Position numbers and translations under genes: made by a program
From: Actinomycetota bacterium
GTDB taxonomy: Bacteria > Actinomycetota > Aquicultoria > Aquicultorales > JAMCWL01
NCBI GenBank assembly: GCA_023481285.1
Contig: JAMCWL010000001.1
Coordinates: 1,539 to 65,538, forward strand
Direction of reading: 5' to 3'
DNA length: 64,000 bases
Notes under the pieces: generated by a model
Told to the model about the DNA's origin: nothing
Database searches by the model: none
The model's input: only the letters and a program-made list of their open reading frames with translations
Shown here: one piece after another, positions 35,152-47,920 of the stretch
Position numbering within the stretch: position 1 is the first letter of the stretch
Layout: the number at the start of each line of letters is the position of its first letter

Positions 35152-36138
35152 ATGCATACCTCAAAGAGGCTGGCGATAATCGCATTGGCCTGGCTTTCCG
35201 CCTTTGCCGTCACCGATTTCCGTGCCGCTTCGAAGGAAGGACCCTACATGCCTAATCGCAGGGAAGAAAGACCTTTCCTTCGCCACCGGCTCGGAGAGTC
35301 GGTAACCGTGGAAACAAAGGCCGGCGCTGCAAAATTGGTACCAATAAATAGTATAGGGGCGGCGGGGGGAGCGGCACCCGGCCAGGCATGGCTACCACCA
35401 ACCACAGGAATTGAGGCGTACCGCGAACGTTTTGAGACGCCCGAGCGTCGCGTCGCCTCGCGGGTGGTTAAGCCGCCTCCTCCTCCACCACCTCCGCCTC
35501 CACCGCCGCCGCAGCCGTTACCCTTTGCACCGGTGCCGGTCGAGAAGATTACGAGCGGCGCTCCTGGAAAGAAGCGCGCGGCACTCACTTTTGACGTCGA
35601 GAAAGACGCCGGCGCCGTCTCGCAAATCCTTGCTGCACTGAAGGGAGCGAATGTTAAGGCCACATTCTTTGTCACCGGCTCGTGGGGTGCGGCATATCCA
35701 GAGCTTTTAAAGCAAATAGCCGCCGAAGGACACGAAATAGCGAACCACAGCTATAACCACCCAATGTTCACGCGCCTTCCAGACGAGGGGGTCTTCTTCG
35801 AGCTAACGGCGACCGAGTCACAGATATATGCGGTAACTCAGCGCCCGCCGGCAAGGTTTTTCAGGCCACCGTATGGAAATCACGACGACAGGATTCTCAA
35901 CCTCGCCGCCTCTAAAGGGTTCAAGACGGTTGTTTGGAACAACGATCCCTCAGATTGGAAGCCCTGGCAGACTTCGGAGAACGTCTTCGCGCTCGTTACA
36001 ATGTACGTGGCCGACGGTGACATCATCTTGCTCCATTCAAGCAGCCAGGCGACGGGGGGAGCGCTTCCGGGCATTCTCGAAAGCCTTAAGTCCATGGGCA
36101 TCCGCCAGGTTACCGTCTCCGAGCTTCTGGTCCCTTAA
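35152..36138 (+). CDS. Secreted polysaccharide deacetylase (NodB homology) with a Pro14 linker
   Basis: Signal peptide, PPPPPPPPPPPPPP, then LTFDVEKD..FFVTG..GHEIANHSYNHP..RPPYG. Confidence 0.85.
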   Translation: MHTSKRLAIIALAWLSAFAVTDFRAASKEGPYMPNRREERPFLRHRLGESVTVETKAGAAKLVPINSIGAAGGAAPGQAWLPPTTGIEAYRERFETPERRVASRVVKPPPPPPPPPPPPPQPLPFAPVPVEKITSGAPGKKRAALTFDVEKDAGAVSQILAALKGANVKATFFVTGSWGAAYPELLKQIAAEGHEIANHSYNHPMFTRLPDEGVFFELTATESQIYAVTQRPPARFFRPPYGNHDDRILNLAASKGFKTVVWNNDPSDWKPWQTSENVFALVTMYVADGDIILLHSSSQATGGALPGILESLKSMGIRQVTVSELLVP

Positions 36139-36152
36139 TCCCTTGCCAATTG

Positions 36153-36815
36153 CTAGAATGTGAATGCGCTCGGGCAGACGGCATTCACCATGCAGATAGA
36201 GCACTTTGGTTTGCGAGCCACGCAGATTTCTCGGCCGAACTCGATTAGCGCAAGGTGAGCGGCCAGCCTCATCTCCGGCGGCACGGCCGACTCGAGTGCG
36301 GCCCTGACCTCCTCATAACGAGCTTCTTTTCCAACCGCGTGCCAGCGTTCGGCTATTCGAAAGATATGGACGTCCACCGGCAGAACGGCTTTTCTGGCGA
36401 CGAAGGATAGGACGACATCGGCCGTTTTTGGACCGACCCCGGGGAGAGCCATCAACCGGACGCGCGCCTCTTGCTCGGGCAGTTCAAGGACGGCCGTCAG
36501 ATCGCCCCCATAAAGCTCGAGGACCGAGAGGGCTATCGCTTTGATCTTCGGCGCCTTCGAGCGGTAAAGGCCAGCGGGTTTGATGAGCTCGGCTATCGCA
36601 TCCTCATCAGCTCTGGCGAGCGCCGTCGGGTTGATCCCCAACCCTTTTTTAAGATGAAGAAAGGCCCTCCTGGTTCCCCGGCGCTCCGTCTTCTGGGAGA
36701 GAACCGTCGAGATGAGAACCTCGAAGGGCGTCATCCCTTCCGACCAGAGATGGGGCTCGAACTCGCTTACGACGACCTCAACCATATCGCGAACTTCACC
36801 GGGCGCTTTTATCAT
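36153..36815 (-). CDS. nth: Endonuclease III (HhH-GPD DNA glycosylase with 4Fe-4S)
   Basis: LPGVGPKTAD HhH motif and C-terminal C-x6-C-x2-C-x5-C (CVARKPKCSICMVNAVC). Confidence 0.88.
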   Translation of the reverse strand: MIKAPGEVRDMVEVVVSEFEPHLWSEGMTPFEVLISTVLSQKTERRGTRRAFLHLKKGLGINPTALARADEDAIAELIKPAGLYRSKAPKIKAIALSVLELYGGDLTAVLELPEQEARVRLMALPGVGPKTADVVLSFVARKAVLPVDVHIFRIAERWHAVGKEARYEEVRAALESAVPPEMRLAAHLALIEFGREICVARKPKCSICMVNAVCPSAFTF

Positions 36816-36840
36816 GGGAAGAATTATATACGACTACTTT

Positions 36841-38996
<2,156 letters not shown>

Positions 38997-39060
38997 TTGA
39001 GGAACAGATAGCGGACGACCGGGATGGCGACCTCCACGTTCCGAATCCGTGCCGGCCGGC

Positions 39061-39094
39061 CCATGATTCAGCGAGCACGCTCGCTGAATCATGG
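39061..39094. repeat. 34-nt perfect palindrome CCATGATTCAGCGAGC-AC-GCTCGCTGAATCATGG
   Basis: Read directly. Lies between ligA and a diverged copy of the ligA 3' end. Confidence 0.85.
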
Positions 39095-39169
39095 AGTTGG
39101 GCATAAAGGTACTGACCGAGCGAGTTCTTCCGCCTGGCTCGTATAAGCTAAGTCCCTTGGAGCTTGCAG

Positions 39170-39985
39170 ATGGAACATAATTCTAGTCCTGACCCGGAGC
39201 CCCCCAGGGAGCCGGCGCCGCCCGGTGAATCGGCCTGGGAGAAGGCAGAGCGCGCGGAAGAGGAGGAGAAATACGGCCCTGGTGGTGTGCGCCGGGTTCC
39301 CTGGGGAATAGGCGACGCGATAATTGCACTCGTCATAGCCTTCATCGTTCTCATAATAGTCTCCATCCTCTTCGGCGTCAGCTCGCAGGCTCGCGTAGTG
39401 ACGCGCTTCGCGCCGGTCATAGGCTCAGTAGTCGGCTACGCCATCTTTGTCGTGGTCGTCTGGATGATTGCCATCCGAATTCGCGGCGGAACGCCGAGCA
39501 ACCTCGGCTTCAACAAGTTCTCAGTGCCCTCCGCCATCTTCCAGGCGGTAATCTGGTGGATAATCACGAGGGTCTTGACCGCCCTTTACTTTGTAACCGC
39601 GTCGCGTCTTGGGGTGAGGCTGCCGGTACAACAGGCCGAGCGGATCGTCCGCCTCTTCGGAAGGGGATTCCTCGGACTCATTCTGGCCTTGATCGTCGCC
39701 GTCATTATTGCGCCCTTAGTCGAAGAGCTTCTTTTCAGGGGCTTCGTCTATTCAGCGTTTCGCCAGTCGGTCGGGGTGGGATGGGCGATACTCATAAACG
39801 GCCTCCTCTTCGCTCTCGTCCACGCGGATCCCTTTCTATTCGTTCCCCTGGCCATCATCGGCTTCGCTCTCGCCTGGCTCTACGAGAGGAGCAACTCGCT
39901 CGGCCCGCCGATCTTTCTGCACGCCCTCAATAACCTCATTTCGATTGTCGCCCTGTACGTTGCTGCCGGAGGAATCAGCGGGTGA
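39170..39985 (+). CDS. CPBP family intramembrane glutamic endopeptidase (CAAX protease-like)
   Basis: EELLFRG, FALVH and HALNN motifs in a polytopic membrane protein. Confidence 0.8.
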   Translation: MEHNSSPDPEPPREPAPPGESAWEKAERAEEEEKYGPGGVRRVPWGIGDAIIALVIAFIVLIIVSILFGVSSQARVVTRFAPVIGSVVGYAIFVVVVWMIAIRIRGGTPSNLGFNKFSVPSAIFQAVIWWIITRVLTALYFVTASRLGVRLPVQQAERIVRLFGRGFLGLILALIVAVIIAPLVEELLFRGFVYSAFRQSVGVGWAILINGLLFALVHADPFLFVPLAIIGFALAWLYERSNSLGPPIFLHALNNLISIVALYVAAGGISG

Positions 39986-40179
39986 AGGCGCATCCCGCGC
40001 CACTGCCATGTCCTTTTCCGGCGCTCTACCCGCTCTTTTGTGAGTCGGTCCTTTTCTGTATACTCATTGGTGTTGTATTGGCGGTTGCCGGGAAACTCCC
40101 CGGCGTCTTTGTTTAAACCACCTGGGGCCGCTGTGGGTAATGTAAGTTCAATATTCAGTTCGCAAGATGAGGTTTTTCT

Positions 40180-40482
40180 ATGGCCATCAGCATAAAAGAC
40201 GTCGAGCACATCGCCTGGCTGGCGCGCCTCGCACTCACTCACGAGGAGAAGGAGAAGTTCGCGGGCCAGCTCTCGAACATACTGGAGCACGCCGGGAAGA
40301 TATCCGAGCTGAACCTGAAAAATGTTGCTCCTACTTCGCACGCCGTGCCGGTCAGCAACGTCTTTCGGGATGACGTTTCCGGGCCGTGTCTCGAGCAAGA
40401 TGAAGCTCTGGCCAACGCGCCGAAGCGCGAAGACGGCGGGTTCGTCGTGCCGAAGATCGTGGGAGAGCCGGCGGCGATGTAA
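40180..40482 (+). CDS. gatC: Asp/Glu-tRNA amidotransferase subunit C
   Basis: 100 aa; VEHIAWLARLALTHEEKEKF..L..IL pattern. Followed by gatA 3 nt later. Confidence 0.9.
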   Translation: MAISIKDVEHIAWLARLALTHEEKEKFAGQLSNILEHAGKISELNLKNVAPTSHAVPVSNVFRDDVSGPCLEQDEALANAPKREDGGFVVPKIVGEPAAM

Positions 40483-40485
40483 TTT

Positions 40486-41937
40486 ATGACTCTATACAAT
40501 CAAACCATTGCCGAACTTCATAAGAAGCTGGTCGCTCGCGAGGTCTCCTCGGAAGAGATAACGCGCGACGTTCTCGAACGCGTAAAAGATGTCGAGCAAG
40601 AGCTAAAAGCCTACCTTACGCTAACTGAGGAAGCGGCTTTGGCGGCAGCGCGCACAGTTGACGCAAAGATTGCAGCGGGAGAGAAGATAGGGCCGCTGGC
40701 CGGTATTCCCGTCGCCGTCAAAGATGTCATGTCGACGAAGGGCGTCAGGACGACCTGCGCTTCGAAGATACTCGAAAACTACGTCCCGGTCTATACCGCG
40801 ACGGCGGTGAAAAAGCTCCTCGGTGACGGCGCCGTCATGATCGGTAAGACCAACATGGATGAGTTTGCCATGGGCTCGTCAACCGAGAATTCCGGCTTCA
40901 ATCCGACGATGAACCCCTGGGATATTGAAAGGGTGCCCGGCGGCTCTTCGGGAGGCTCTGCCGCTGCTGTGGCCGCGGGGGAGGCGATCTACGCACTTGG
41001 ATCGGATACCGGAGGGTCGATCCGCCAGCCCGCGGCGCTTTGCGGCGTCGTCGGGATGAAGCCCACCTATGGCCTGGTAAGCCGGTACGGTCTTGTTGCC
41101 TTCGCTTCCTCTTTGGACCAGATCGGGCCGTTTACAAAGGATGTGACGGACTGCGCGATCGTTTTGAAGGCGCTCGTCGGCCATGACCCCGCCGACTCTA
41201 CATCCCTCGAGTATGAGGCCGAGGAGTATGTCGAGGCCCTGCAGAGAGATGTTAAAGGCATGAGGTTCGGCGTTCCGAAAGAGTTTATGGAGGAAGGCGT
41301 CGAGCCAGGTGTCAAGCAGCGTTTCGAAGAGGCCATCGAACTCTTCGCCAAGCTCGGGGTCGAAGTCGACGAGACGACGCTGCCCCACGTCGATTACGCC
41401 CTGAGCGCTTACTATATCATCGCGCCAGCGGAGGCCTCGTCGAACCTCGCCCGCTTTGACGGCGTTCGCTACGGCCTCAGGGTCGAAGGCGAGGATATGA
41501 TCGACACCTATATGAAGACGCGGGCCGCCGGCTTCGGCGATGAGGTGAAGCGGCGCATTATGCTCGGAACGTATGCGCTCTCCGCGGGCTACTACGAGGC
41601 CTACTATGGCCAGGCTCAAAAGGTCAGAACCCTGGTCGCTCAGGACTTCGAGGAGGCCTTCAAAAAGTTCGACGGGATAATCTCGCCGACCTCGCCGACG
41701 GTCGCCTTCAAGATCGGAGAGAAGGTGGCCGACCCGCTGGCGATGTACCTGTCGGACATCTTCACGATCCCCGTGAACCTGGGAGGATTTCCGGGCATTT
41801 CGGTACCGTGCGGGCTGTCGGACGGGCTGCCGGTGGGCTTGCAGATCATCGGCCCGACATTCGGCGAGGGGATTATTTTGAATGCGGCGTATGCGTTCGA
41901 GCAAGCGCTAGGTTTTAAGGAGAGGCCGTCGTTATAA
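40486..41937 (+). CDS. gatA: Asp/Glu-tRNA amidotransferase subunit A
   Basis: Amidase signature [12 protein letters not shown], 483 aa. Confidence 0.93.
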   Translation: MTLYNQTIAELHKKLVAREVSSEEITRDVLERVKDVEQELKAYLTLTEEAALAAARTVDAKIAAGEKIGPLAGIPVAVKDVMSTKGVRTTCASKILENYVPVYTATAVKKLLGDGAVMIGKTNMDEFAMGSSTENSGFNPTMNPWDIERVPGGSSGGSAAAVAAGEAIYALGSDTGGSIRQPAALCGVVGMKPTYGLVSRYGLVAFASSLDQIGPFTKDVTDCAIVLKALVGHDPADSTSLEYEAEEYVEALQRDVKGMRFGVPKEFMEEGVEPGVKQRFEEAIELFAKLGVEVDETTLPHVDYALSAYYIIAPAEASSNLARFDGVRYGLRVEGEDMIDTYMKTRAAGFGDEVKRRIMLGTYALSAGYYEAYYGQAQKVRTLVAQDFEEAFKKFDGIISPTSPTVAFKIGEKVADPLAMYLSDIFTIPVNLGGFPGISVPCGLSDGLPVGLQIIGPTFGEGIILNAAYAFEQALGFKERPSL

Positions 41938-42132
41938 CGACCGCTGGCTTGGTTTCCTGGTTTCTTGGTGGATCATCGAGCGGTGTACCAGGTTTAAGGT
42001 GCACGTAAGACATTCTGCCAAGGTTCTAAGAAACTAAGAAACTAAGAAACTAAGAAACTATGAAACTAGGAAACAAGAGCGTAAGCGACAAGGCAGGTAT
42101 ATGTGATCTATACCGTCGGCGGTCGGCGGTCG
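41938..42132. repeat. Core-B composite element (reverse orientation) inside the gatA-gatB intergenic region, with GGTTTCYT left arm, AAGAAACT x6 right arm and GGCGGTC outer heptamers
   Basis: The reverse complement of 41948..42077 aligns with 18860..18981. Confidence 0.85.
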
Positions 42133-42148
42133 GAAATTTGAGGTAACC

Positions 42149-43600
42149 ATGGAATACGAAGCAGTCATAGGTCTTGAAATACATGTAGAACTCTTGACCG
42201 AAAGCAAGATGTTCTGCGACTCGACGACACGGTTTGGAGAGGAGCCGAACACCCAGGTTTGCCCGGTCTGCCTGGGTATGCCCGGAACCCTTCCCGTCAT
42301 CAATAAGAAGGCGATCGAGCAGACGGTAAAGACGGGGCTGGCTCTCAACTGCGACATCGCTCTCTTCAGCCAGTTTCACCGGAAGAACTACTTCTATCCA
42401 GACATGCCCAAAAACTACCAGATCTCACAGTACGACCTGCCACTGGCAAGCGGGGGCTACGTCGAAGTCGAGATGGAGGAGGAAGGCTACACCACCACCG
42501 TCGGCATCACTCGCGTTCACCTGGAGGAGGACACCGGCAAGCTCGTCCACGTCGGGGGCGCCGGCCGGATCGCCGGGGCCGAGTATTCGCTCGTCGACTT
42601 TAACCGGGCGGGCGTCCCGCTGATGGAGATCGTCACCGAGCCGGACATGCGCATTCCGGTCGAGGCGAAGGCCTTCGCTCAGAAGCTCCGGGCGATCATC
42701 CAATCCCTCGGCGTCTCGGACGTCTCGATGGAGAAGGGCTCGATGAGACTGGATGTCAACTGCTCGGTCAGGCCGAAGGGCGTGGAAGAGTTCGGCGTAA
42801 AGACGGAAATAAAAAACCTGAACTCCTTCCGCTCGCTCGAACGGGGCCTGGCCTACGAAATAAAGCGCCAGATCGAGGCGGTGGAAGCCGGCGAAGAAAT
42901 CGTCCAGGAGACGAGGCACTGGGATGAGACGACCGGGCGGACGTCAACCCTGAGAACCAAAGAGTACGCACACGACTACCGGTACTTCCCGGACCCGGAC
43001 CTCGTGCCGATGGAGCTCGATCCCGCCTGGATCGAGGAGATTACGTCCACCTTGCCGGAGCTCCCCGATGAGAGGAGGAGACGATTCATGGAGGAGTACG
43101 GGCTTCCCAGCCATGACGCCACGCTTCTCACCGCAACCAAGGCGAGCGCGGACTTCTATGAGGAGGCGGTCTCTCTGGGGGCGAACGCGAAGAATGTCTC
43201 CAACTGGATGATCGTCGAGCTTGCCAGCTATTTGAACGCCGAAAATCTCGAGATAGACGAGTGCGCCGTCACCCCGAGGCACATCGCGGAGCTCGTTAAG
43301 ATGATCGACGCGGGAACGATTTCGGGAAAGATCGCCAAGGATATCTTCGGGGAGATGTTCGAGACGGGCAAGCTCCCGAGCATCATCGTCGAGGAGAGGG
43401 GTCTTATCCAGATAAGCGACGAGTCGGAGATCGCCGCAATCGTCGAAGCTGTGATCGAAGAGAATCCAAAGTCGGTAGAGGATTATCGTGGGGGGAAACA
43501 GCAAGCGCTCGGATTCCTGGTTGGGCAGGTGATGCGCCTCACGAAGGGCCGTGCCAACCCGGCGCTCGTGAATAAGCTTCTCAAAGAGAAGCTGTCCTAG
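42149..43600 (+). CDS. gatB: Asp/Glu-tRNA amidotransferase subunit B
   Basis: [15 protein letters not shown] start, CPVCLGMPG, 483 aa. Confidence 0.93.
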   Translation: MEYEAVIGLEIHVELLTESKMFCDSTTRFGEEPNTQVCPVCLGMPGTLPVINKKAIEQTVKTGLALNCDIALFSQFHRKNYFYPDMPKNYQISQYDLPLASGGYVEVEMEEEGYTTTVGITRVHLEEDTGKLVHVGGAGRIAGAEYSLVDFNRAGVPLMEIVTEPDMRIPVEAKAFAQKLRAIIQSLGVSDVSMEKGSMRLDVNCSVRPKGVEEFGVKTEIKNLNSFRSLERGLAYEIKRQIEAVEAGEEIVQETRHWDETTGRTSTLRTKEYAHDYRYFPDPDLVPMELDPAWIEEITSTLPELPDERRRRFMEEYGLPSHDATLLTATKASADFYEEAVSLGANAKNVSNWMIVELASYLNAENLEIDECAVTPRHIAELVKMIDAGTISGKIAKDIFGEMFETGKLPSIIVEERGLIQISDESEIAAIVEAVIEENPKSVEDYRGGKQQALGFLVGQVMRLTKGRANPALVNKLLKEKLS

Positions 43601-43816
43601 CTCACACTTGGATGGTTTATGCACCTTAGAGCAGTATTGTTTGTCCGCCGATGACCATATAGGGGATTTTCCGGTTGGCAAGAGCCCTCGCGATTTTGGA
43701 GAGTAGTTGCTCAAACACTGTTCAATGCTTTCGCAATCTTGATGTCCAGAAGAGGAATTACGCGATCGGCGGCTGGGCTTTTAATCTTGGATAATCATCT
43801 TCGGGAAGAAAAAATT

Positions 43817-44281
43817 ATGACCCCGACGTTCGTTTCTGAATCGGTCGAAATCCACGCCAGACCTCAGGTTGTCTGGCTGGTCTTTTCGGAGATCGATAAG
43901 TGGCCGGCGTGGAATCCCATCTGCGTCGAGGCCATCTCGCTTGACGAGGAGCCCTGGCGCGCCGAGGGACGCTTCGATTTTACTCTCGCGACCGAGGAGC
44001 GCACCTACGCGTTGACGGCCAAAGTCGTCCAGGCGATACCGGGAAGGATGGTTCGCTGGCTTTGCGGTTGGCGTGGAATGGCCGGCGACTTCGAGTTCTC
44101 CTTCGAGCCTTTCGACGGCAGAACGAGGGTGAGCGCGAGCGAACAGCGTTCCGGATTCGTATCATCCTTTCTTAGGCTCGGCATCCCGCCGTACCAGGCC
44201 GAGAAGCTCCTGAGGGTGTGGCTGGAGTCGCTGGGCAGAGAAGCCGAGCGCAGGGCGAGGGAGCTAAGAGAGGTCGTCTAG
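43817..44281 (+). CDS. SRPBCC (START/Bet v1-like) family protein
   Basis: About 154 aa from ATG 43817; VEIHARPQVVWLVFSEIDKWPAWNP pattern. Confidence 0.65.
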   Translation: MTPTFVSESVEIHARPQVVWLVFSEIDKWPAWNPICVEAISLDEEPWRAEGRFDFTLATEERTYALTAKVVQAIPGRMVRWLCGWRGMAGDFEFSFEPFDGRTRVSASEQRSGFVSSFLRLGIPPYQAEKLLRVWLESLGREAERRARELREVV

Positions 44282-44413
44282 AGACTCCAATTCTTTCCCG
44301 AGCGGCCACGCGACCGTCTCCATCTTTTTCTACGGCTACCTGGCTTGGCTGGCGGCGACCCGTCTCAAACTTCAATAAACGCTAAAGTTATACATCCTAC
44401 AGGCCGATAGGTC

Positions 44414-44442
44414 AGATTATCGGATGGTTAGATTATCGGATG
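44414..44442. repeat. Direct repeat AGATTATCGGATG x2 (period 16)
   Basis: Read directly in the long leader region upstream of 44795. Confidence 0.7.
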
Positions 44443-44668
44443 CCTGGAATCCATAGTCAAAGAACTCCGCACTCGCGTCGAAAGGCTCTCTTCGGATCGG
44501 CGCATTGCGGTCTCTAACAAGCACACCAAAGTGCTGGAATTATCGGGATAGGGCTTGTTTGCACAATCTAGAAGAGATCATTCCCAATCCTGGCAGGTTG
44601 CCTCTTGATGCCTCACCGATCCAACACGCTCAGCAACTAAGCAAGCATACATACTGTAGGATAGGTGT

Positions 44669-44707
44669 CGCCGGTTCAGCTTGGCGCCGTTCAGCTTGGC
44701 GCCGTTC
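44669..44707. repeat. Tandem repeat CGCCGTTCAGCTTGG x2.5
   Basis: Read directly, about 90 nt upstream of the homocitrate-synthase-like gene. Confidence 0.8.
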
Positions 44708-44794
44708 TTTACTAAAGGCGGCCATTTCCCATACAATATACGCTACGGTTCGGCATGGCTTCCGAACTGGAAAACCGCTTGAGGAGGTATCGAA

Positions 44795-46009
44795 GTGCCC
44801 AACACCGGCGAGCTTAAAAGCTTTTTACTCAAAGGTGGGCTAAAGCCCGCCCAGGTCAGAATAGACGATACGACGCTCCGGGATGGAGAGCAGACGGCGG
44901 GCGTCGTCTTTTCAAACCATGAGAAGATGAGGATAGCCCAGCTTCTTGAGGCGGTCGGCGTTCACCAGATAGAGGTGGGCATCCCGGCGATGGGAGGCGA
45001 CGAGAAGGCGACTATCAAAAGGATCGTCGATCTTGACCTCAACACGAGCATCTTGGCCTGGAACCGGGCGGTGACCGATGATATCCAGCACTCGATCGAT
45101 ACGGGCGTCGACACGGTCGCCATATCGATCGCCGTCTCGGACATCCACATCGAGCACAAGCTTAAGAAGAGCCGCCAGTGGGTCATCGACCAGATCAAGA
45201 AGTGCGTCGATTTCGCGAAGGCGAATAATCTCTACGTCTCCGTAAACGGCGAGGATGCTTCGCGGGCGGACATCGAGTACCTCGTGCGCTTCGTGCTTGC
45301 GGCTAAAGAGTCGGGCGCGGACCGCTTCCGCTTCTGCGACACCATCGGCATCCTCGATCCCTTCCAGACCTACAACGCCATCAAGACGCTCATCGAGCAG
45401 ACCGGGCTTGAGGTGGAGATGCACACGCACGACGACTTTGGTATGGCGACCGCCAACGCCATCGCCGGCGTCAAAGCCGGGGCGTCTTGGGTCAACACGA
45501 CCGTCAACGGCCTGGGGGAGCGGGCGGGGAACGCGGCACTCGAGGAGGTCGTCATGGCCATGAAGTACATCGGCGGTCTCGATGTCGGCATAAAAACCGA
45601 GATGTTCAGGGAACTTTCCGAGTACGTCGCCGGTGCTTCCGCCCGGACGATTCCGATCTGGAAATCGATCGTCGGCACCAATGTCTTCGCTCACGAAAGC
45701 GGCATTCACGCGGATGGCATTCTCAAGAATCCCCTAACTTATGAGGTCTTCACCCCGGAAGAGGTCGGTCTTGAGCGCCAACTGGTGATCGGCAAACACT
45801 CCGGCACCCACTCCATCGTCTGCAAGTTCAAGGAGTACGGCATTGAGCTTGGTGAGGACGAGGCGCGGGACATCTTGTCTCAGGTGAGGAAGCTTTCGGT
45901 CGAGCTTAAAAGGGCTCTTTTTGATAAAGAGCTCATGTTCATATATAAAGACTATTGCAAAGGGAGAGATCAACTCGGTGGGCAAGACGCTGGCGGAGAA
46001 GATTCTTAG
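44795..46009 (+). CDS. Homocitrate synthase / 2-isopropylmalate synthase family (short, NifV/AksA/Re-citrate-synthase-like)
   Basis: DTTLRDGEQ, HTHDDFGMATAN. No LeuA regulatory domain. GTG start with GAGGAGG. Confidence 0.85.
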   Translation: MPNTGELKSFLLKGGLKPAQVRIDDTTLRDGEQTAGVVFSNHEKMRIAQLLEAVGVHQIEVGIPAMGGDEKATIKRIVDLDLNTSILAWNRAVTDDIQHSIDTGVDTVAISIAVSDIHIEHKLKKSRQWVIDQIKKCVDFAKANNLYVSVNGEDASRADIEYLVRFVLAAKESGADRFRFCDTIGILDPFQTYNAIKTLIEQTGLEVEMHTHDDFGMATANAIAGVKAGASWVNTTVNGLGERAGNAALEEVVMAMKYIGGLDVGIKTEMFRELSEYVAGASARTIPIWKSIVGTNVFAHESGIHADGILKNPLTYEVFTPEEVGLERQLVIGKHSGTHSIVCKFKEYGIELGEDEARDILSQVRKLSVELKRALFDKELMFIYKDYCKGRDQLGGQDAGGEDS

Positions 46010-47231
46010 CGACCGAAGCGGCGCCGATGCCCGTGCCGGAGATATAGTCGTCGCCGAGGTCGACGCGGCCCTTGTCCAGGATGGAACGGGACCGCTCGCC
46101 GTCGAAGAGCTCCGAAGAATCGGGATGGAGCGGGCGGCGAAGCCCGAGCGCACCATCCTTTTTATCGACCACGCGGCGCCCAGCCCCCGGAAGGAGCTAT
46201 CGAACGCTCACAAGACCTTGCGCGAGTTCGCCGCCAAGACCGGGGCCATACTTTCCGAAGTCAACGAGGGCGTCTGCCACCAGCGGATGGTCGAATCATA
46301 CGCCCGCCCCGGTGACGTTATAATCGGAGCCGATTCTCATACCTGCACTTCTGGGGCGGTCGGGGCGTTCGCCACCGGCATGGGCTCGACCGACGTGGCG
46401 CTTGGCATCGCTTCCGGTAAGACCTGGCTCAAGGTCCCGGAGACCTTTCTCATCAAGGCGACGGGTAAGTTTCAAAAAGGGGTCTACTCGAAGGATCTGA
46501 TACTTCACCTCATCGGCCTTATCGGAGCCGATGGCGCCACCTACAAGGCCTTGGAGTTCGCGGGGGACGCGGTTGAGGCCATGTCCATGTCGGAGAGATT
46601 TACGCTCTCCAACATGGCGGTCGAGGCGGGCGCCAAGACGGGGATTTGCGCGTCCGACGCCACCACCAGGGCGTATTTGGAATCGGTCGGCCGTGGATCG
46701 GATTGGAAACCTCTGGAGGCGGACGCGGATGCGGTCTACGAGAGAGTCGTCGAGGCCGATCTTTCGAAATTGGAGCCGACGGTCTCGAAGCCACATACGG
46801 TCGACAACACGGCCACCATTTCCGAAGTCGTGGGGACCAAAGTCGACCAGGTCTTCATCGGCACCTGCACCAACGGTCGCCTGGATGATCTGCGCGTTGC
46901 AGCATCGATCCTTAAGGGGAAGAAGCGCGCTTCCGGCACCAGGCTTCTCGTCTGCCCGGCCTCCAAGGGCGTCTATCTCGACGCACTCGCCGAAGGAATC
47001 ATCGCCACCCTGGTTGAGGCAGGAGCGGCCGTCGTCAACCCGGGCTGCGGGGCGTGCGTCGGCGTTCACGCCGGCATCCTCGGCGACGGGGAGGTCTGCC
47101 TGGCGACCCAGAACCGGAACTTCAAGGGCCGGATGGGAAACCCGGAAGGGTTCATATATCTCTCGTCGCCTGCCATAGCGGCGGCTTCAGCTATAGAAGG
47201 TGTTATCGCTGATCCACGGGACTATCTGTAA
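45978..47231 (+). CDS. Aconitase-family dehydratase, large subunit (homoaconitase/3-isopropylmalate dehydratase type)
   Basis: KTLAEKIL start typical of LeuC/HacA; GADSHT and CTNGR motifs. Start placed at GTG 45978 (GGGAGAG upstream). Confidence 0.85.
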   Translation: MGKTLAEKILSDRSGADARAGDIVVAEVDAALVQDGTGPLAVEELRRIGMERAAKPERTILFIDHAAPSPRKELSNAHKTLREFAAKTGAILSEVNEGVCHQRMVESYARPGDVIIGADSHTCTSGAVGAFATGMGSTDVALGIASGKTWLKVPETFLIKATGKFQKGVYSKDLILHLIGLIGADGATYKALEFAGDAVEAMSMSERFTLSNMAVEAGAKTGICASDATTRAYLESVGRGSDWKPLEADADAVYERVVEADLSKLEPTVSKPHTVDNTATISEVVGTKVDQVFIGTCTNGRLDDLRVAASILKGKKRASGTRLLVCPASKGVYLDALAEGIIATLVEAGAAVVNPGCGACVGVHAGILGDGEVCLATQNRNFKGRMGNPEGFIYLSSPAIAAASAIEGVIADPRDYL

Positions 47232-47395
47232 CGTCCGCCGCCTAGTTTCCTAGTTTCCTGGTTTCTTGGTTTCTTGGCAACCACATCCAACGCGAATAGC
47301 GTCTCCAACAAGCACCCGGAGATTCCAAGAAACTAAGAAACTAGTAAACTAAGAAACTAAGAAACTAAGAAACTAAGAAACCAGAACGGCGGTCG
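47232..47395. repeat. Short core-A element (reverse orientation) between large- and small-subunit genes: CGTCCGCC, TAGTTTCC/TGGTTTCT arm, 49-nt core, AAGAAACT x7 arm, GGCGGTCG
   Basis: The reverse complement of the core (..TTGGAGACGCTATTCGCGTTGGATGTGGTTGCC) equals the long core A with the segment between its two GAGGCGCTAT motifs missing. Confidence 0.85.
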
Positions 47396-47416
47396 AAAAT
47401 ATAATTAGGAGCAGTA

Positions 47417-47914
47417 ATGTTATTTAAAGGTAAAGCCTGGAAATTTGGTGATGACATCTCGACCGATCATATCGCGCCCGGTAGGTTGTTTCACCTGCGT
47501 ACGAACCTGCCGGAGCTTGCCAAGCATGTTCTGGAGGATGCCGACCCCGAGTTTGCTTCCAAGGTTCAACCGGGTGATTTCGTCGTCGGGGGGCGCAACT
47601 TCGGTCTTGGCTCGAGCCGGGAGCACGCGCCTCGCATCATCAAGCTCGCAGGCGTTGGCGCCGTCCTGGCCAAGAGCTTCGCGCGTATCTTCTACCGGAA
47701 CGCGATCAACATCGGTCTGCCGGTGCTCACCTGCGACACGGATCAGATCGACGCCGGCGACGAGCTTGAGGTCGATATCTCAAGGGGCGAGGTCAAAAAT
47801 CTCACCAAGGGGATATCCATCAAGACGACCGCTCTGCCGGACGTGATGATCAAGATATTGAACGACGGCGGCATCGTCGAGCACTTTAAGAAGCATAAGG
47901 GTTTTGCCCTGTAG
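47417..47914 (+). CDS. Aconitase-family dehydratase, small subunit (LeuD/HacB-like)
   Basis: 165 aa; [30 protein letters not shown]. Confidence 0.88.
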   Translation: MLFKGKAWKFGDDISTDHIAPGRLFHLRTNLPELAKHVLEDADPEFASKVQPGDFVVGGRNFGLGSSREHAPRIIKLAGVGAVLAKSFARIFYRNAINIGLPVLTCDTDQIDAGDELEVDISRGEVKNLTKGISIKTTALPDVMIKILNDGGIVEHFKKHKGFAL

Positions 47915-47920
47915 GATTGA

